DNA of 64,000 nt, from sequence record OQ708376.1; one strand, 5' to 3'. The notes beneath the pieces were generated by a model, which saw nothing but the letters and a program-made list of their open reading frames with translations, had not been told where the DNA came from and did no database searches. This document shows, piece after piece, positions 47,301 through 58,368 of this stretch; position 1 is the stretch's first letter; every line of letters starts with the position of its first letter. The position numbers and the translations under genes were made by a program.

Positions 47301-50300
47301 GAACACTATAATCTGCGTAAAGCATATCATTGAGTTCAACTGTACTGTTTTCACGACCAATCGCTTTCCAATAAATTGAATCGCGTGATTGTGATTTAAT
47401 ATACAATGTCCAAATGTTTTCACTATCGGTAACTCTGATAATATCGCCAACTTGGTAGTTTTTAGTATTAGCATCTTCTAAGCTTGACTCTTGAGTATAA
47501 GTCGTGTTACTATCATATCCAACATCATACCAATCAGCATATGACCAGTACTGAGTCATGTCTAATGAGGTTCCTAGTGATTCAACATAATCAGATTGTT
47601 TAATCATTTTATGTTGTCCCTCACCTTTGTTTTCTAACGTTATAGTAACAACACTACCCGCGTTTGCTGGACTATTCATTAACTGAATATATCCATTTTC
47701 GTCGAAGTGAATAAAATAAACAGCACTAGAAGTTAATGGATTTGGTAGATATCCACTAGTACTTAAAATAACAGCGTCATTTTCTTTAAATTTATCACTT
47801 TCAACTGCAATAACTAATTCATTATTGTAAGACAACACACGGAAAGAAACTTCATTAGGGTTAACTTCAGTGGTTTTAACATTAAACACATCTTCCATAA
47901 CAACACTATTAGTGGTTATGTTTTGTGACCTATAATAATTATTAGCACTTTCTACAAAGTTTCTACGAGCTTCTATAACATTTTGGAACCAAGTTTTGTT
48001 TGATCCTAAACCGTTATCAACATCTGGATATAATAAATTAATCACAGAACCTGATTCAGTTGTTTCTTGACCAATTAGTGAGTTCCACATTGAATCCCAA
48101 ATTAGTGGGTTAAAGTTATAGCTGTCACCTTCTTTACATAGTTGATACTGGTCATGTTTAACAACTTCAGTACTATCCATGTAATAAGAAACAGTTAAAA
48201 TACTGGTATCATCATTCACTTTAAATTGCATATTACTAAGAATAAACGAGTTTTCATTTATTGGAGCGAACCAAGGAATGTTTAGCTGTGTTGGATCTTT
48301 AATAATACGAGCAATGTCAGTACATGATTTCGTTCTGGTATGTAGTGGTGGTACATAAATTGTATCACGTACCCAGAAATAGTATTTTGTTACATAACTA
48401 TCAGTTGAACTATCATATTCCAAAAATGTACTATAATTATCTTCAAGTGCAGTTCCACTTGGTAGATACATAGTATTATTTTTGTTTTTCTTAGCAACAT
48501 CTTTACAGTATTTGTCCCAGTTATATGGCTCAACTGGTGAACAAACCCACTCTAACACATCAATGGTACTATGTGGTAACAAACGGCCCCAGTTGTAACG
48601 TTTGTATTCATTGGTTGCATCAATATCAACATTACCGTCTGCGTCATAAATTGCACGAGTATAATCCAAATAAAATGCAGTGCTAGTGTTCCACCATACT
48701 TGACCAACTTTATCAGCACCCCAAGCCTGGATTAACTCTCCATTACTATTATACTGTGCAGGATCAACTGGTGAAGTATATGTTACGTTTTGCATAGCCG
48801 CACCTGGAATAACACCATTAATTGGGTCATAAACGTTTAGATATAGCTCAGTAATGTTAGTACGTTCATCATATGTCGTTGGACGATCAAATAAAGTACT
48901 TTGTGGTGCTTTAAAACTATATTTCTTGTCAATGTAAGCTTGACGATCATCAGTACTGGCAAAACGTGATACATAACGATACAAACGTGGACGTGTATCT
49001 GGATCAGTAAATTCAATATCAATAGAAGTGTCAAATGGAACTACCATAACTTTAGGATCAGAACCAGCAGTATAATATTGACTTTCTACTGTTAAAGTAT
49101 CTGGCATAAAGTTAGTTTCATCAACAAAATAATAATAATCACCATCTTCAAGTGGTACATTATCAGTTAAAGTTACTTTACAAAATTGTTCAGCATACAC
49201 ATCGGTATTTTCAATAGGTGTTATAGAAACCATTTGTACATTAGTATCAACCAATTCAAAAATGTTCCACAAACCATTACCGTCTTTAAACATCCACACA
49301 GATTCAGGATTTTCACCTTTACCATTAGTATAAGTTATGCGGTCATTATATGCAGTACTGAAATCTTTTGTTGTGTACGATACTTCATCCAATGTTACTG
49401 GACCAATATCTGGAAGTTGGATGTTTTCACTTCTTCCACTACGCATTGGGAATGAGAACTTACCATTTGGACGTGTAATCCAACGAGGATCTTTACCTTG
49501 CTCACCGAAGTATACAATATGATTACCATTACCATTTGAAGTTGCATTTACATCAAAAGAAACCATTTGAGGTTGTTGTTTAAATTGGTCATTGATTAGT
49601 TTAAATTGAAGGTTTTTCTTACCATCAATATTACCATATGTACCAATTTTAAATGCCCATTCTTGTAATGCTTTATATTCATCAGTGTCATATGATTTAG
49701 AAACACGAAGTACACGTTCTAAAACTTGGTTAGTACCTTTATCGTGAATGAATCCTTTATAGAAATCAACACGACTAACATCACTACTAATCATACGCTG
49801 TAGATAATCACGAGATTGATAACCAATCAAATGGTTTGACAACTCTTGTAATTGTACATCACTTACTGGAGTTTCACTATCATAATAATGTTGGAAATCC
49901 GACACTAATTTTTCAAATGATGGTAGTGTTCCAGCTTCCAAGATAATAAATCCAGGAGCTTGTAGGCGACCAGTCCATGAACCAGTAATATATCCATACA
50001 TTTTAATTAGTTCTTGAATAGAACCATATGTTGGCTGATAAATGTAATCACCAAAAATAGTTTTATCATCAAAAATAACAGCATGTTCATATGAACACAA
50101 ACTTAAACGAATCAATGCAATGCGTTTATTAGATTCTAAAGTTCTAACAGTGAAGATATTTCCAATACGAGAAGTTTCAATTTCATATTGGCGAATACCT
50201 TGGTTATTATCATCAAGTAATGACCATACACCACCATTATTTTGCGTAATAGATTGTACTGAACCAAAGTCTGCCCCAAATTTAGCGTTTGCAGCACTTG

Positions 50301-53300
50301 GGGTACAAGAAATAAATTCACCAGTTACTAGAGAATTCTGACTCCAGATCACGAAATCTTTAGCAATAGTGTTCCAATCTTGTTGAGCACCACTATCATT
50401 TACATCTTCAAAAATCCAACCATGTTCTTTAAGATATTCACCATATCCACAAATAAAAGTATAAACTTCTTGGTAACTATTGAAAACTTTACCATATTCA
50501 ATTGAAGCTTCAGACTTCCATTCATTATAATGAACAACATTACGGTTTTCCAATTTAAGAGTTACTTTTCTACCATTTTTTACTGGAAGTTTATATTTAA
50601 ATTTAGCACCAACTAGATCATATCCATCAATCTGATATGCACTACCATTCCAAGTAATTTTGATCGCACTCATTTGCTCATCACGGATATTATTAGAACG
50701 AACAAGACCAATGGTTTGGTTTTCTTGTGAAATAAGACCGAAAGATTTAGCATTGAATGTTAGCTGATCTGCTTTAGTAAATCCTCCAATTTTATGACCA
50801 ACATTTATATAAGAAGAACGAACTACATCCCCATACTTGGTGGTAATATTTTTATTTTGATACATCAAATGGTCACTTACAAACATTTGATAACCAATTG
50901 TTCTTGTGCTATTTTCACCATGAACTACTGTATTTTTATCAAAATTAATACGCTTACGTGTATCACCATAAAGGAATTGTGAACCATCAGTGAATACTTC
51001 TTTTAAGTTATCGTTGCGGGTATCCCAGAAATAGTTAGCAAATTGTGCTGGTTTAGCTTTATACAAAAGCATCATTTGGTCATATGCAAACAATGTAGTG
51101 TTCATGTATGTAAATTCCATGTCACCCATATCACCATATGTCCAAGGTTCTGCTCTATGATTTAAAGATCCAGACACTAAACCTAAAATTTCAGGTGCAA
51201 TATATTCAACCACACAAATATCAATACCAGAAGATGTTTTATTTCCAGTTTTTGTAATTTTGAATGGCTGTACACCAAATCTTTTATATTTGTCATATTG
51301 ACCACGACGATCACCAAATAAAATAGTTCCAGTACTGCTATCTCCAATAGTTCCGTCAATATCCCAAAGACCACTAGGAACTAAATCACCTTGCTCATTC
51401 ATAACAAGTGCTTCATATACATATACAACATCACTATCACGTTCACCAACTTGAACAGCCGTTGGTTCGTATTCTTGGTTCCACCAAGTTGGACGTTGTG
51501 TAAAGCCAAACATTTCCCACGGATGGGTAGCTGGGCGATATGTACCATATTGGTCAGTGTAAATGGCACGCCATGAACCACGTGCAGGAATTTCAGTACT
51601 TTGACCATTAACTACATAATAAGTGCCAGTATAGTTCCAAGTTCTCCAATTGTTAGGATCATAATCATGTGTACTATTACTGATACCATTAGTTGCGGTG
51701 AAGTTAATGTATCCACGTAGTAATAATGTTTGTTTCTCTTCAGCACTATATTCAGTTTTAGTGAAATATGGTGTAGGGAAAAGGTCATCACTATTCAATA
51801 CTGGTACGTAATCAACATCTTTGAATTTATTATCAATACTATTAAAAATTCTATTTTCTAATTCATATACAACATCATCCATTTTATCAACACCATTGAT
51901 AACACGGTATGCTTTGGAAATAATACCAGTATGACTGATGTTATAACAGCTTGGTTTACTACCAGCAGTGAGGAATGTCGCTTTTTCTGGTACATATGCT
52001 TGAAGAATACCTAAGAACTGTGGTGTTGGTGGTATAAATGCACGAATGAATCCAGAAGTACTTCCAACATTATCATAATAGAATGGGAATGAACTATCAC
52101 GTCCCATATTAATAGTAGTTAAAATTGCATCAACAATGTTTGCAGCACTATTTTGTAAAAAGTCTGATGGATTTTCATCATACATACGAAGCATTTGTGT
52201 ATTAAATTTATTAATGAATCTAAAATATTCAGATTGCATAAACATAGTTGCTTCAAACAAATCAATATCTTCATTTGCAGTATGTGCCATCAATGGAAGC
52301 ATAGATGCTTCATTTTGGATAATTTTAGTACCTACGCCATTATTAACCAATCCTTTAGCCAAACGTTCTTCATAGTCATTGAAATCATCAGAAGAACCAC
52401 GTGTAATGTTCTTTTGAATAATATCCTGAAAATGTAAAGTGTAGTCACCTTGGTTAATGTATATAATATTAGAATTATATGGGTTATTTTGTAGGTTGAT
52501 TGGAACTTCATATGCACCTAATTCTTTATTAGGAGTTACAGTACTGCTATAAGTTCTAATTTGAATAACAGAATCTTCATCCAATTCTACAGTACTATCT
52601 AGAGTGATGCTTTGTACTTGACCTTTTGAAACATTTTTGGTATATTTGGACACATCAACACCATCAACCACAACTTCAATAATATCAGAATCATTATCTA
52701 AAACTTTTTGTGCCAATTCGAATGTATGGTCATATTTTACAATCTGAACACCATCACCAGTAATTGGATGCCAATCTAGATAAGTTTCACGGTCAGCTTT
52801 ATAGTACTGATATGTTCTATCAACTTCAATAACATATGCATACATACCATCAACTGGTTCTTTAAAAACTTCCATATCATAAACAGTACTGAATACACGA
52901 TACATATCAGTACGTTGGACTTGTGGAGTTTGTTTTACAAATTGTTTAGAGTACTCTTCTGAACGAACCCAATCGGTTTGAAGATTCATTTCATTATTTT
53001 CATCAATAATGTTATAATAGTATAAACCATCAATTTCAACTTCTTTTCCAAGATGGTCATAGGTATAACGTTGGGATTGTAAAAAGTTTTCATAAATGTA
53101 ATAATTATAATCACCAAGTTCAATGTTATATCCATATACACTATCAGTTGCATAGTTGTAATTTATTTTAAAACCAAACAACTCTGAACCTTTAAAGTTA
53201 CTTGATGGATATGTAGTACTGTTGTCAAGTTTGATACCATTACGATCATAAAGTTGGAATTTAGGGAATACGTTAACACTAGTTTTTGATTGTGCACGAA

Positions 53301-54315
53301 CCCACAAAGATCCATTCCAGTACATAGAACTATTACCATACTCATTACCTTTAGTGATTAGAACAACATCACCATCTTGAGGTTCACCACTTGGGCGTGA
53401 TTCGGTTTCTTCTTCTGGATCTAGTGCTAAACCATAAACACGAGTACCATCTTGCATTTTTTTCACATATACATTATAAATTCTATTGTTTTCACCATTG
53501 TTACCAATACTGGTGAATAGAATACGCATTCCATCTTGCGGAATAATACCATCAATACGTATACCACTATTAATATCTTTTTGAACGATATCTTCAGGTT
53601 TAATAATATCAGAGAACAGATCAACAGTTCCACGGAATTTTGTACCGTAGTTAATTAGCTCAATATTTTTATTATATTCAATAATTGGTGCACGTGCACG
53701 AATAAAACGTGAATCTTGCATTAATTCTTCAGTTAATATTGAGCCATCTTCTAATGTTTCACCTAAAGTATACCAAAAGTTTTGTAGTGACCATGTATTA
53801 CCATTAAGTGCTCCACGTTCCATTACAATGTAATCAGGTGAAGTAATATTATAAGAGTTTTTAGTATCCCAAAGATATGAGCTAAAATTGTTCATTTTAT
53901 TTGGGTTAATAGCTGGAGTCCATGCATAAAACTTACCGTTGAACAAACGGCTTTCATTATCGGTTAGTGCTCCATAATGATTCATGTATCCAACTAGATC
54001 ATCATAAAATTGAATTGAACGAATTGTCGAATCATCATTTTTTGAGACGTAAGCAGTGGACAACTGATAAAGTTGACGTGCTACAGTACTTTCATGTAAG
54101 AAGATATTACCAGCAGCGGCAGGAGAACCCATATCACCAATATAGCCGTCAACTAATTCGTTTTCAGCCGGATTAAACCATTGTTGAATAACATCATCAC
54201 TGACTTTTTGAATATCTTCTAAGCCTTGCATCCACTCAGGCAATCTTTTAATAAAAAGCTTCTTCTGTACTGCTTCAGCCATCTGTGTAGGTTGAAACTT
54301 AAAATTATTAGTCAT
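44344..54315 (-). CDS. very large (~3323 aa) baseplate structural protein
   Basis: Single ORF. The likely start is ATG 54315 after GGAG, with TAAATA at 54352-54357. It lies directly downstream of the gp6-like wedge gene. Confidence 0.75.
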   Translation of the reverse strand: MTNNFKFQPTQMAEAVQKKLFIKRLPEWMQGLEDIQKVSDDVIQQWFNPAENELVDGYIGDMGSPAAAGNIFLHESTVARQLYQLSTAYVSKNDDSTIRSIQFYDDLVGYMNHYGALTDNESRLFNGKFYAWTPAINPNKMNNFSSYLWDTKNSYNITSPDYIVMERGALNGNTWSLQNFWYTLGETLEDGSILTEELMQDSRFIRARAPIIEYNKNIELINYGTKFRGTVDLFSDIIKPEDIVQKDINSGIRIDGIIPQDGMRILFTSIGNNGENNRIYNVYVKKMQDGTRVYGLALDPEEETESRPSGEPQDGDVVLITKGNEYGNSSMYWNGSLWVRAQSKTSVNVFPKFQLYDRNGIKLDNSTTYPSSNFKGSELFGFKINYNYATDSVYGYNIELGDYNYYIYENFLQSQRYTYDHLGKEVEIDGLYYYNIIDENNEMNLQTDWVRSEEYSKQFVKQTPQVQRTDMYRVFSTVYDMEVFKEPVDGMYAYVIEVDRTYQYYKADRETYLDWHPITGDGVQIVKYDHTFELAQKVLDNDSDIIEVVVDGVDVSKYTKNVSKGQVQSITLDSTVELDEDSVIQIRTYSSTVTPNKELGAYEVPINLQNNPYNSNIIYINQGDYTLHFQDIIQKNITRGSSDDFNDYEERLAKGLVNNGVGTKIIQNEASMLPLMAHTANEDIDLFEATMFMQSEYFRFINKFNTQMLRMYDENPSDFLQNSAANIVDAILTTINMGRDSSFPFYYDNVGSTSGFIRAFIPPTPQFLGILQAYVPEKATFLTAGSKPSCYNISHTGIISKAYRVINGVDKMDDVVYELENRIFNSIDNKFKDVDYVPVLNSDDLFPTPYFTKTEYSAEEKQTLLLRGYINFTATNGISNSTHDYDPNNWRTWNYTGTYYVVNGQSTEIPARGSWRAIYTDQYGTYRPATHPWEMFGFTQRPTWWNQEYEPTAVQVGERDSDVVYVYEALVMNEQGDLVPSGLWDIDGTIGDSSTGTILFGDRRGQYDKYKRFGVQPFKITKTGNKTSSGIDICVVEYIAPEILGLVSGSLNHRAEPWTYGDMGDMEFTYMNTTLFAYDQMMLLYKAKPAQFANYFWDTRNDNLKEVFTDGSQFLYGDTRKRINFDKNTVVHGENSTRTIGYQMFVSDHLMYQNKNITTKYGDVVRSSYINVGHKIGGFTKADQLTFNAKSFGLISQENQTIGLVRSNNIRDEQMSAIKITWNGSAYQIDGYDLVGAKFKYKLPVKNGRKVTLKLENRNVVHYNEWKSEASIEYGKVFNSYQEVYTFICGYGEYLKEHGWIFEDVNDSGAQQDWNTIAKDFVIWSQNSLVTGEFISCTPSAANAKFGADFGSVQSITQNNGGVWSLLDDNNQGIRQYEIETSRIGNIFTVRTLESNKRIALIRLSLCSYEHAVIFDDKTIFGDYIYQPTYGSIQELIKMYGYITGSWTGRLQAPGFIILEAGTLPSFEKLVSDFQHYYDSETPVSDVQLQELSNHLIGYQSRDYLQRMISSDVSRVDFYKGFIHDKGTNQVLERVLRVSKSYDTDEYKALQEWAFKIGTYGNIDGKKNLQFKLINDQFKQQPQMVSFDVNATSNGNGNHIVYFGEQGKDPRWITRPNGKFSFPMRSGRSENIQLPDIGPVTLDEVSYTTKDFSTAYNDRITYTNGKGENPESVWMFKDGNGLWNIFELVDTNVQMVSITPIENTDVYAEQFCKVTLTDNVPLEDGDYYYFVDETNFMPDTLTVESQYYTAGSDPKVMVVPFDTSIDIEFTDPDTRPRLYRYVSRFASTDDRQAYIDKKYSFKAPQSTLFDRPTTYDERTNITELYLNVYDPINGVIPGAAMQNVTYTSPVDPAQYNSNGELIQAWGADKVGQVWWNTSTAFYLDYTRAIYDADGNVDIDATNEYKRYNWGRLLPHSTIDVLEWVCSPVEPYNWDKYCKDVAKKNKNNTMYLPSGTALEDNYSTFLEYDSSTDSYVTKYYFWVRDTIYVPPLHTRTKSCTDIARIIKDPTQLNIPWFAPINENSFILSNMQFKVNDDTSILTVSYYMDSTEVVKHDQYQLCKEGDSYNFNPLIWDSMWNSLIGQETTESGSVINLLYPDVDNGLGSNKTWFQNVIEARRNFVESANNYYRSQNITTNSVVMEDVFNVKTTEVNPNEVSFRVLSYNNELVIAVESDKFKENDAVILSTSGYLPNPLTSSAVYFIHFDENGYIQLMNSPANAGSVVTITLENKGEGQHKMIKQSDYVESLGTSLDMTQYWSYADWYDVGYDSNTTYTQESSLEDANTKNYQVGDIIRVTDSENIWTLYIKSQSRDSIYWKAIGRENSTVELNDMLYADYSVHNDNGSLSNREINVRKALALLKNSFDLHQSEIVFDMVKYVHVEQSVVDWVFKTSYIYIVGLEQSLVQNYSNDNLINQIVEYFEEVKPYRTKIRSQIEQKTSDDDLIKGLCNDLDPNGYIFVDGSWIKTEKDIWDYEYAQFNEITQKWEQVGSLPSDFVTPNRRFQEIDIIMHYDNIQCKPNEDLASINELVSVNNKYQSNEKDAVSNYELQRYIYSFPEYSEETFDLLIAYQMQIYYPELDVTLGTAYGVNQWYKDHAEDLEATDEFTATLERVYKESTHNDMFTDLRQYVQYNTLANRLKLYKDISDEKIHDEVGCGFSGLTYNDNPSTRLPLGFSSSNDYNYGYFEISSELYQKYISLIKDKNPDASDYEVKVKLEVEYGVYVYRYDEVGGDTRFYTDAIHVLAGMRGLFDKDATDKYEKAEEILSKTPIDIYAITMIPRKYVYLNVNGVYQSIPDEQSIDDFMEDYFITNGEMVELAEINLDDLPLDQNNPMYSDYQYILDSITEAKYFNDMNAFDNLALESQTSSIKWEVKDDEVDPYIVDISDINPSGRDVGQIRFTVDGYGFDNVSLVQLRDNSRYQTEGMAIINPYKHTEAIVSIPSYAKIENDINKTTSKFDEKYFYRVRSINSLTEAEIVDNDLSDGDKVMIFTPDGEDFVRYQNHTWETILRVSNIKNNTTPILFTVRNTGKETIELIDESTGAVLRYDNITLAQQNEPVQPLALNIVRVRTFADPEFVKNGIKLYEQNRNYTIDVINYDVFYDTTLNGGKYNDGITPDDVDVWIISNEIFDVDGITIDNGYNLPITGAGVLSELARTKMTDSLEINVIEYDSSVIQPFRNNEGIWVYGFPMVDGMYIGVVGGTVTNITTISEENTTYVSQPKSISPYSIRNNVLSGSAANMNDIISIGYEKVEVRNANNLLRGVMYSAEHDFKLNTTYSFNGINLGNYDMLKRYTQNSYTIDLSVYTDSLQVSGNDIKNILLVK

Positions 54316-54363
54316 TTTTGGACTCCATATAATTCGTTCATTCATTTGATTTATTTATGATAT

Positions 54364-54387
54364 AAAAAAGGCGTTCCGAAGAACGCC
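54364..54387 (-). terminator. UUCG-tetraloop terminator
   Basis: Minus strand GGCGTTC-TTCG-GAACGCC followed by TTTTTT. Confidence 0.9.
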
Positions 54388-54394
54388 CGTTATA

Positions 54395-57300
54395 TTAAGA
54401 ACCGATATTAATATTACTTTTAGCTAGTGAGTTAACAATTTGAACATTTTCAACAGATGCAGTACTCAAAAATATTTGGTCTGAACGTGAAGGGATTTCA
54501 AATAGAGAGCCAAATTTTGAATTTGGATTTTGTGCAACTATAACAATGGTACTAATATGTCTACCTAACTGTGAGTGTATGTAAGTACACAAATCAGTAT
54601 AATAGAAACTTTCACCGAAATCCCAGTTGTCAACATTGAAGTATTCATTAGTTAATGCTATAACATTTTGACGAATTTCATCGTCACTCATTGTGCTGTT
54701 TGGTAATTTCACTACTTTAAAATCAGCTTTGTAATCTTCAGCAGCACTGTTGCCAAATAAAGGTAAGTACTCAGCACTATGCCAAATAATACTATCACTA
54801 ATGACTATTTTTTGTTCAACATCTTTGAACATATCTTTCAATTCAACCGATGTAGGTGGTTTAGGAATACTACCAACAGCATTATTTTTCAACCAAACGT
54901 CAACTTCAGTTTTATATGAATTGGTTAATACATACATATCAATTAAGTTTGTTCTACTAGGATCAATGCGATTGTCGTCAGGTGCATAGTGTTTCCAATG
55001 GAAGTCTATACTAGTACGTGCATTAGTTTTAACAGTGTACTGTGAAGTAACATCTTTGTATCCATAATAATCTAGCTTCTGATTCTCGTCAGCATTAGTT
55101 CCCATGTTATTAATTGCACGATAAAAAGCCAATTCAGGACTAACAGTGCCAGTATCATCGGAATAAGTTAAATTACTAATTAGCTGTCCTAAACGATCAT
55201 TGTTATTACCAACTGTTTGTTCAATAAAATAATATTTACCATCATAGTTAAAACCAACTAAAAATCCAGAACCTTTACTATATAATCCACTCAATGTGGT
55301 TGAACGAATTGCGTTATTTCTAACAAATTCAGTTCTTTTATATGCATTCGGCTCTGCCAAGGCTTGTTCCATTGTATAAGACCACGATGAATCAAGAAGT
55401 GTGAAGGTATCATTTGGTAACGACAGTACTGATATAGTGAAATCACTATTTTCCTGAAATACCAAAATACCACCATATTTTAATGCATCGGTTCCAGTCC
55501 AAGTAGGAACAATTTCTTTAAATTGGTTTGGTTCCAATGGTATACCATTACTATCTACTTTCCTAGATGTAACAATAACACGAGAACCATCTAGATAGCC
55601 ATTCTCTTGTTGAATTGTGTCATAAATTTGAAAATCTATATTACTTGTCAATCCTGAATTACTACTACTAGTAGTGTTAGATGATAAAATTTCAATCTTA
55701 TCACTTTGAACTGTACCAGTACTAATATCAGTAATTTTTTTAGATGATACAAAGTAAAATCTTACTTTTTCTCCACCCACAAAAATATATTCAATACCGT
55801 TAGCATCAAATTCCCAAGTTTCTGCTGTATATTTTACATTAATTATAATTAAAACTTCATTACCATTATATACAATAGTATCATCATTGGTACTTACTTC
55901 AATAGGAACCCATGATGTCGTTTCTTTGTCATGTACAATAACAAAATCAGTTTTTTTATCTAGCATAGCAGAAATTGCTTGAACTTCAACCGAGTTAAAT
56001 CTAGTTCTATATGGTAAAATGTACTCTATGGCTTGCATTCCACTTGGAACCGATGTACTCAGTACATAAAATCCATTATCCAATACACTAACTACACTAG
56101 CCCATATAGTAGTTCCAGAATTAGAAAATTTAATTAGAGTACCAACCTGATATGAACCATAAACTGTACCAGATGAACCCAAAATTCTACCATATGTGTT
56201 AGTTGTATAATTTGAATTGTATACCGGAGTCCATGCTTGTTGTATTTCAATACCAATTGTATTTGATGGAAACGCTTGGTAACGTTGTATTACCGCATTT
56301 TCACCAATCAATGGTTGAATATTGTCAATAACAATACTAGCATTTGTTTTTGTAGTTGGTAGCAATAATGATCTATTAAATTGTGTGTTTTCTTGATATA
56401 ATGCACCATCATCACTAAAAACATCGGTATTTTGATACTTACCAGTAGGATCATTAATATCAATAAATCTTGATTGTCCACTATAAATTCTATTAATAGC
56501 TTTAGATTTAAGTACAGTATTGCCTAAACTAAGTGGTGCAATATTATAATCTTCACCATTGACAAAACGGTTTTGTGTATAGTACATTTGTGGTGCACGT
56601 GCTTTAATCTGCTCAATAGTCTCTGCACTTTGTGCACGGTCGGACTCATATTGTAATGAAAAACGTATATCCAATGTACTAGATTCATAACTTGACTGTG
56701 TTTTTGTACGATATGTATATTTTACGCTTTTGTTTTGAATTTCAGAAGTTTTAATGTTATATGTTTTACCATTACTAACACGATACCATACGCGGAACGT
56801 CCCACGGGGAACAACACCACTTCTTGAGTCTGGATACTTAATTGTTATTTGATCTTTATCACGAGTAGTAACAGCAAAAATTGTTTTTAATTGACGATTA
56901 ACAGTGTTATATGCAATACTTTCCATTGATGGAACTTTTGTCCATTTGGTACGAACAATACCATCTTCATTTATTTCTTGAACCCATACATCAGTTTCGT
57001 TGATATTATCAACGTTAATATCTTGTATACGGTTCTCTTCACGGATAGCATATTGATAATCTTGATATGTCAATGTACCTTGTACGAAATATACAAAAAA
57101 ACCAGTATTTGGTGAACTAAATCCATTACCATCATTTTGATAAACAATATATTTTTGCTCTTGTGGTTCTGGATGTCGTTCTTCAACACCAACAGACGTA
57201 ATATCAGGATTCACTACTTCAAATGTCATAGATTCACCATTGACAGTTGCAATAAATGGAATACTGGGTGCTGTCATTGGGATGGTGTTCATTCGATATA

Positions 57301-57856
57301 GTTGACGAGAGACACCATTAACATCAATACGCTTGACTGGATTACCAAATTGGTTAGTACTGACAAATGAACTGTTCATTACTAGAATGAAGTTTTCATA
57401 CCAGTTAGCATCCATCGGGTCATTCCAACGAATGATTTTATCTTTTAATGATTCATTAAAACTATTACGAACATCTTGGTTTGTTTTAATTTCGGTTAAT
57501 TTAGCAACTGCACGACCTGGATATGAGCGGCGTGGTGAGTAAGAAATCATTTTAGCTAGTTTTAGTACTGATGCACGACGAGTTGCAGTATCTAAAAAGT
57601 TTTCACGTGTGTTCAAATCCATACGAAATGCCAAGTTCTGCCCTAGCATAGAAATCGTATCTAAAATAAAAATAAACTGGTCGTTTTCGATCCAGTCGTT
57701 GAATGAGTCTGGGTAAGTTGCACGTAGATAATCAATCATACTCTGACGGATAGTATCGAAGTCATAAGCTGTAAGATTGATTTTATAAAAACTTTCATAT
57801 ACTTGAGTCCAATCCTCACCAGCGTATAAATTTGATTGCCTTTTTTGTTGTGACAT
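54395..57856 (-). CDS. baseplate wedge protein (T4 gp6-like)
   Basis: DFDTIRQSMIDYL, F.D......F.FILD.....GQNLAFRMD...RENFLDTA.RR.SV...AK...Y.PRR, ETIEQIK.RAP..Y.TQNR.V.GEDY. Confidence 0.9.
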   Translation of the reverse strand: MSQQKRQSNLYAGEDWTQVYESFYKINLTAYDFDTIRQSMIDYLRATYPDSFNDWIENDQFIFILDTISMLGQNLAFRMDLNTRENFLDTATRRASVLKLAKMISYSPRRSYPGRAVAKLTEIKTNQDVRNSFNESLKDKIIRWNDPMDANWYENFILVMNSSFVSTNQFGNPVKRIDVNGVSRQLYRMNTIPMTAPSIPFIATVNGESMTFEVVNPDITSVGVEERHPEPQEQKYIVYQNDGNGFSSPNTGFFVYFVQGTLTYQDYQYAIREENRIQDINVDNINETDVWVQEINEDGIVRTKWTKVPSMESIAYNTVNRQLKTIFAVTTRDKDQITIKYPDSRSGVVPRGTFRVWYRVSNGKTYNIKTSEIQNKSVKYTYRTKTQSSYESSTLDIRFSLQYESDRAQSAETIEQIKARAPQMYYTQNRFVNGEDYNIAPLSLGNTVLKSKAINRIYSGQSRFIDINDPTGKYQNTDVFSDDGALYQENTQFNRSLLLPTTKTNASIVIDNIQPLIGENAVIQRYQAFPSNTIGIEIQQAWTPVYNSNYTTNTYGRILGSSGTVYGSYQVGTLIKFSNSGTTIWASVVSVLDNGFYVLSTSVPSGMQAIEYILPYRTRFNSVEVQAISAMLDKKTDFVIVHDKETTSWVPIEVSTNDDTIVYNGNEVLIIINVKYTAETWEFDANGIEYIFVGGEKVRFYFVSSKKITDISTGTVQSDKIEILSSNTTSSSNSGLTSNIDFQIYDTIQQENGYLDGSRVIVTSRKVDSNGIPLEPNQFKEIVPTWTGTDALKYGGILVFQENSDFTISVLSLPNDTFTLLDSSWSYTMEQALAEPNAYKRTEFVRNNAIRSTTLSGLYSKGSGFLVGFNYDGKYYFIEQTVGNNNDRLGQLISNLTYSDDTGTVSPELAFYRAINNMGTNADENQKLDYYGYKDVTSQYTVKTNARTSIDFHWKHYAPDDNRIDPSRTNLIDMYVLTNSYKTEVDVWLKNNAVGSIPKPPTSVELKDMFKDVEQKIVISDSIIWHSAEYLPLFGNSAAEDYKADFKVVKLPNSTMSDDEIRQNVIALTNEYFNVDNWDFGESFYYTDLCTYIHSQLGRHISTIVIVAQNPNSKFGSLFEIPSRSDQIFLSTASVENVQIVNSLAKSNINIGS

Positions 57857-57923
57857 AATTTATTCCTTTAAATCAGTAAAGTACTAGTTCAGTACTGGGA
57901 ATTATATATAGAAATATTTATTC

Positions 57924-57953
57924 AAAAAGAAAAGCACTCCGAAGAGTGCTTTT
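57924..57953 (-). terminator. UUCG-tetraloop terminator followed by TAAATA (57915-57920)
   Basis: Minus strand AAAAGCACTC-TTCG-GAGTGCTTTT followed by CTTTTT. Confidence 0.85.
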
Positions 57954-57957
57954 GTAA

Positions 57958-58353
57958 TTATAAAGACGATACTGAATATGTTGCCATTCTGTTATTACTT
58001 CTTGCATCGAATACAATAGTAAGTTCTTCTAATGTATCCAATACTACGTACTGTAATACAATATTCATTTGGTATCCATATTCTATTCTTGAAATTTGCA
58101 ATTTCTTAAGATTTAAGCGTGGATCTAAGCTAATTATTCTACGGGCATCTGCTTCCAAAAGGTTGATAGTATTATAACCTTCCAATTCAAACAGCAAATC
58201 CCATGCAATAAAACCATAGTCAGCATCAAATGCTCTTTCGCCTTTTTTTGTATTGAAATGATTCATTAAATCTTGGCGAACCAATTCACTATCATACAAT
58301 GTTTCAGTTCTACCCACTACTGGGGTAGAAAAACCTTTAAAAACAACTGCCAT
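57958..58353 (-). CDS. baseplate protein (T4 gp25 / GPW-like)
   Basis: FKGFST, LYD.ELVRQDL.NHF.T.KGER.FDADYG...WDLLFE, I...DPRL. Confidence 0.9.
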   Translation of the reverse strand: MAVVFKGFSTPVVGRTETLYDSELVRQDLMNHFNTKKGERAFDADYGFIAWDLLFELEGYNTINLLEADARRIISLDPRLNLKKLQISRIEYGYQMNIVLQYVVLDTLEELTIVFDARSNNRMATYSVSSL

Positions 58354-58368
58354 TGACTATTTCCTTTA

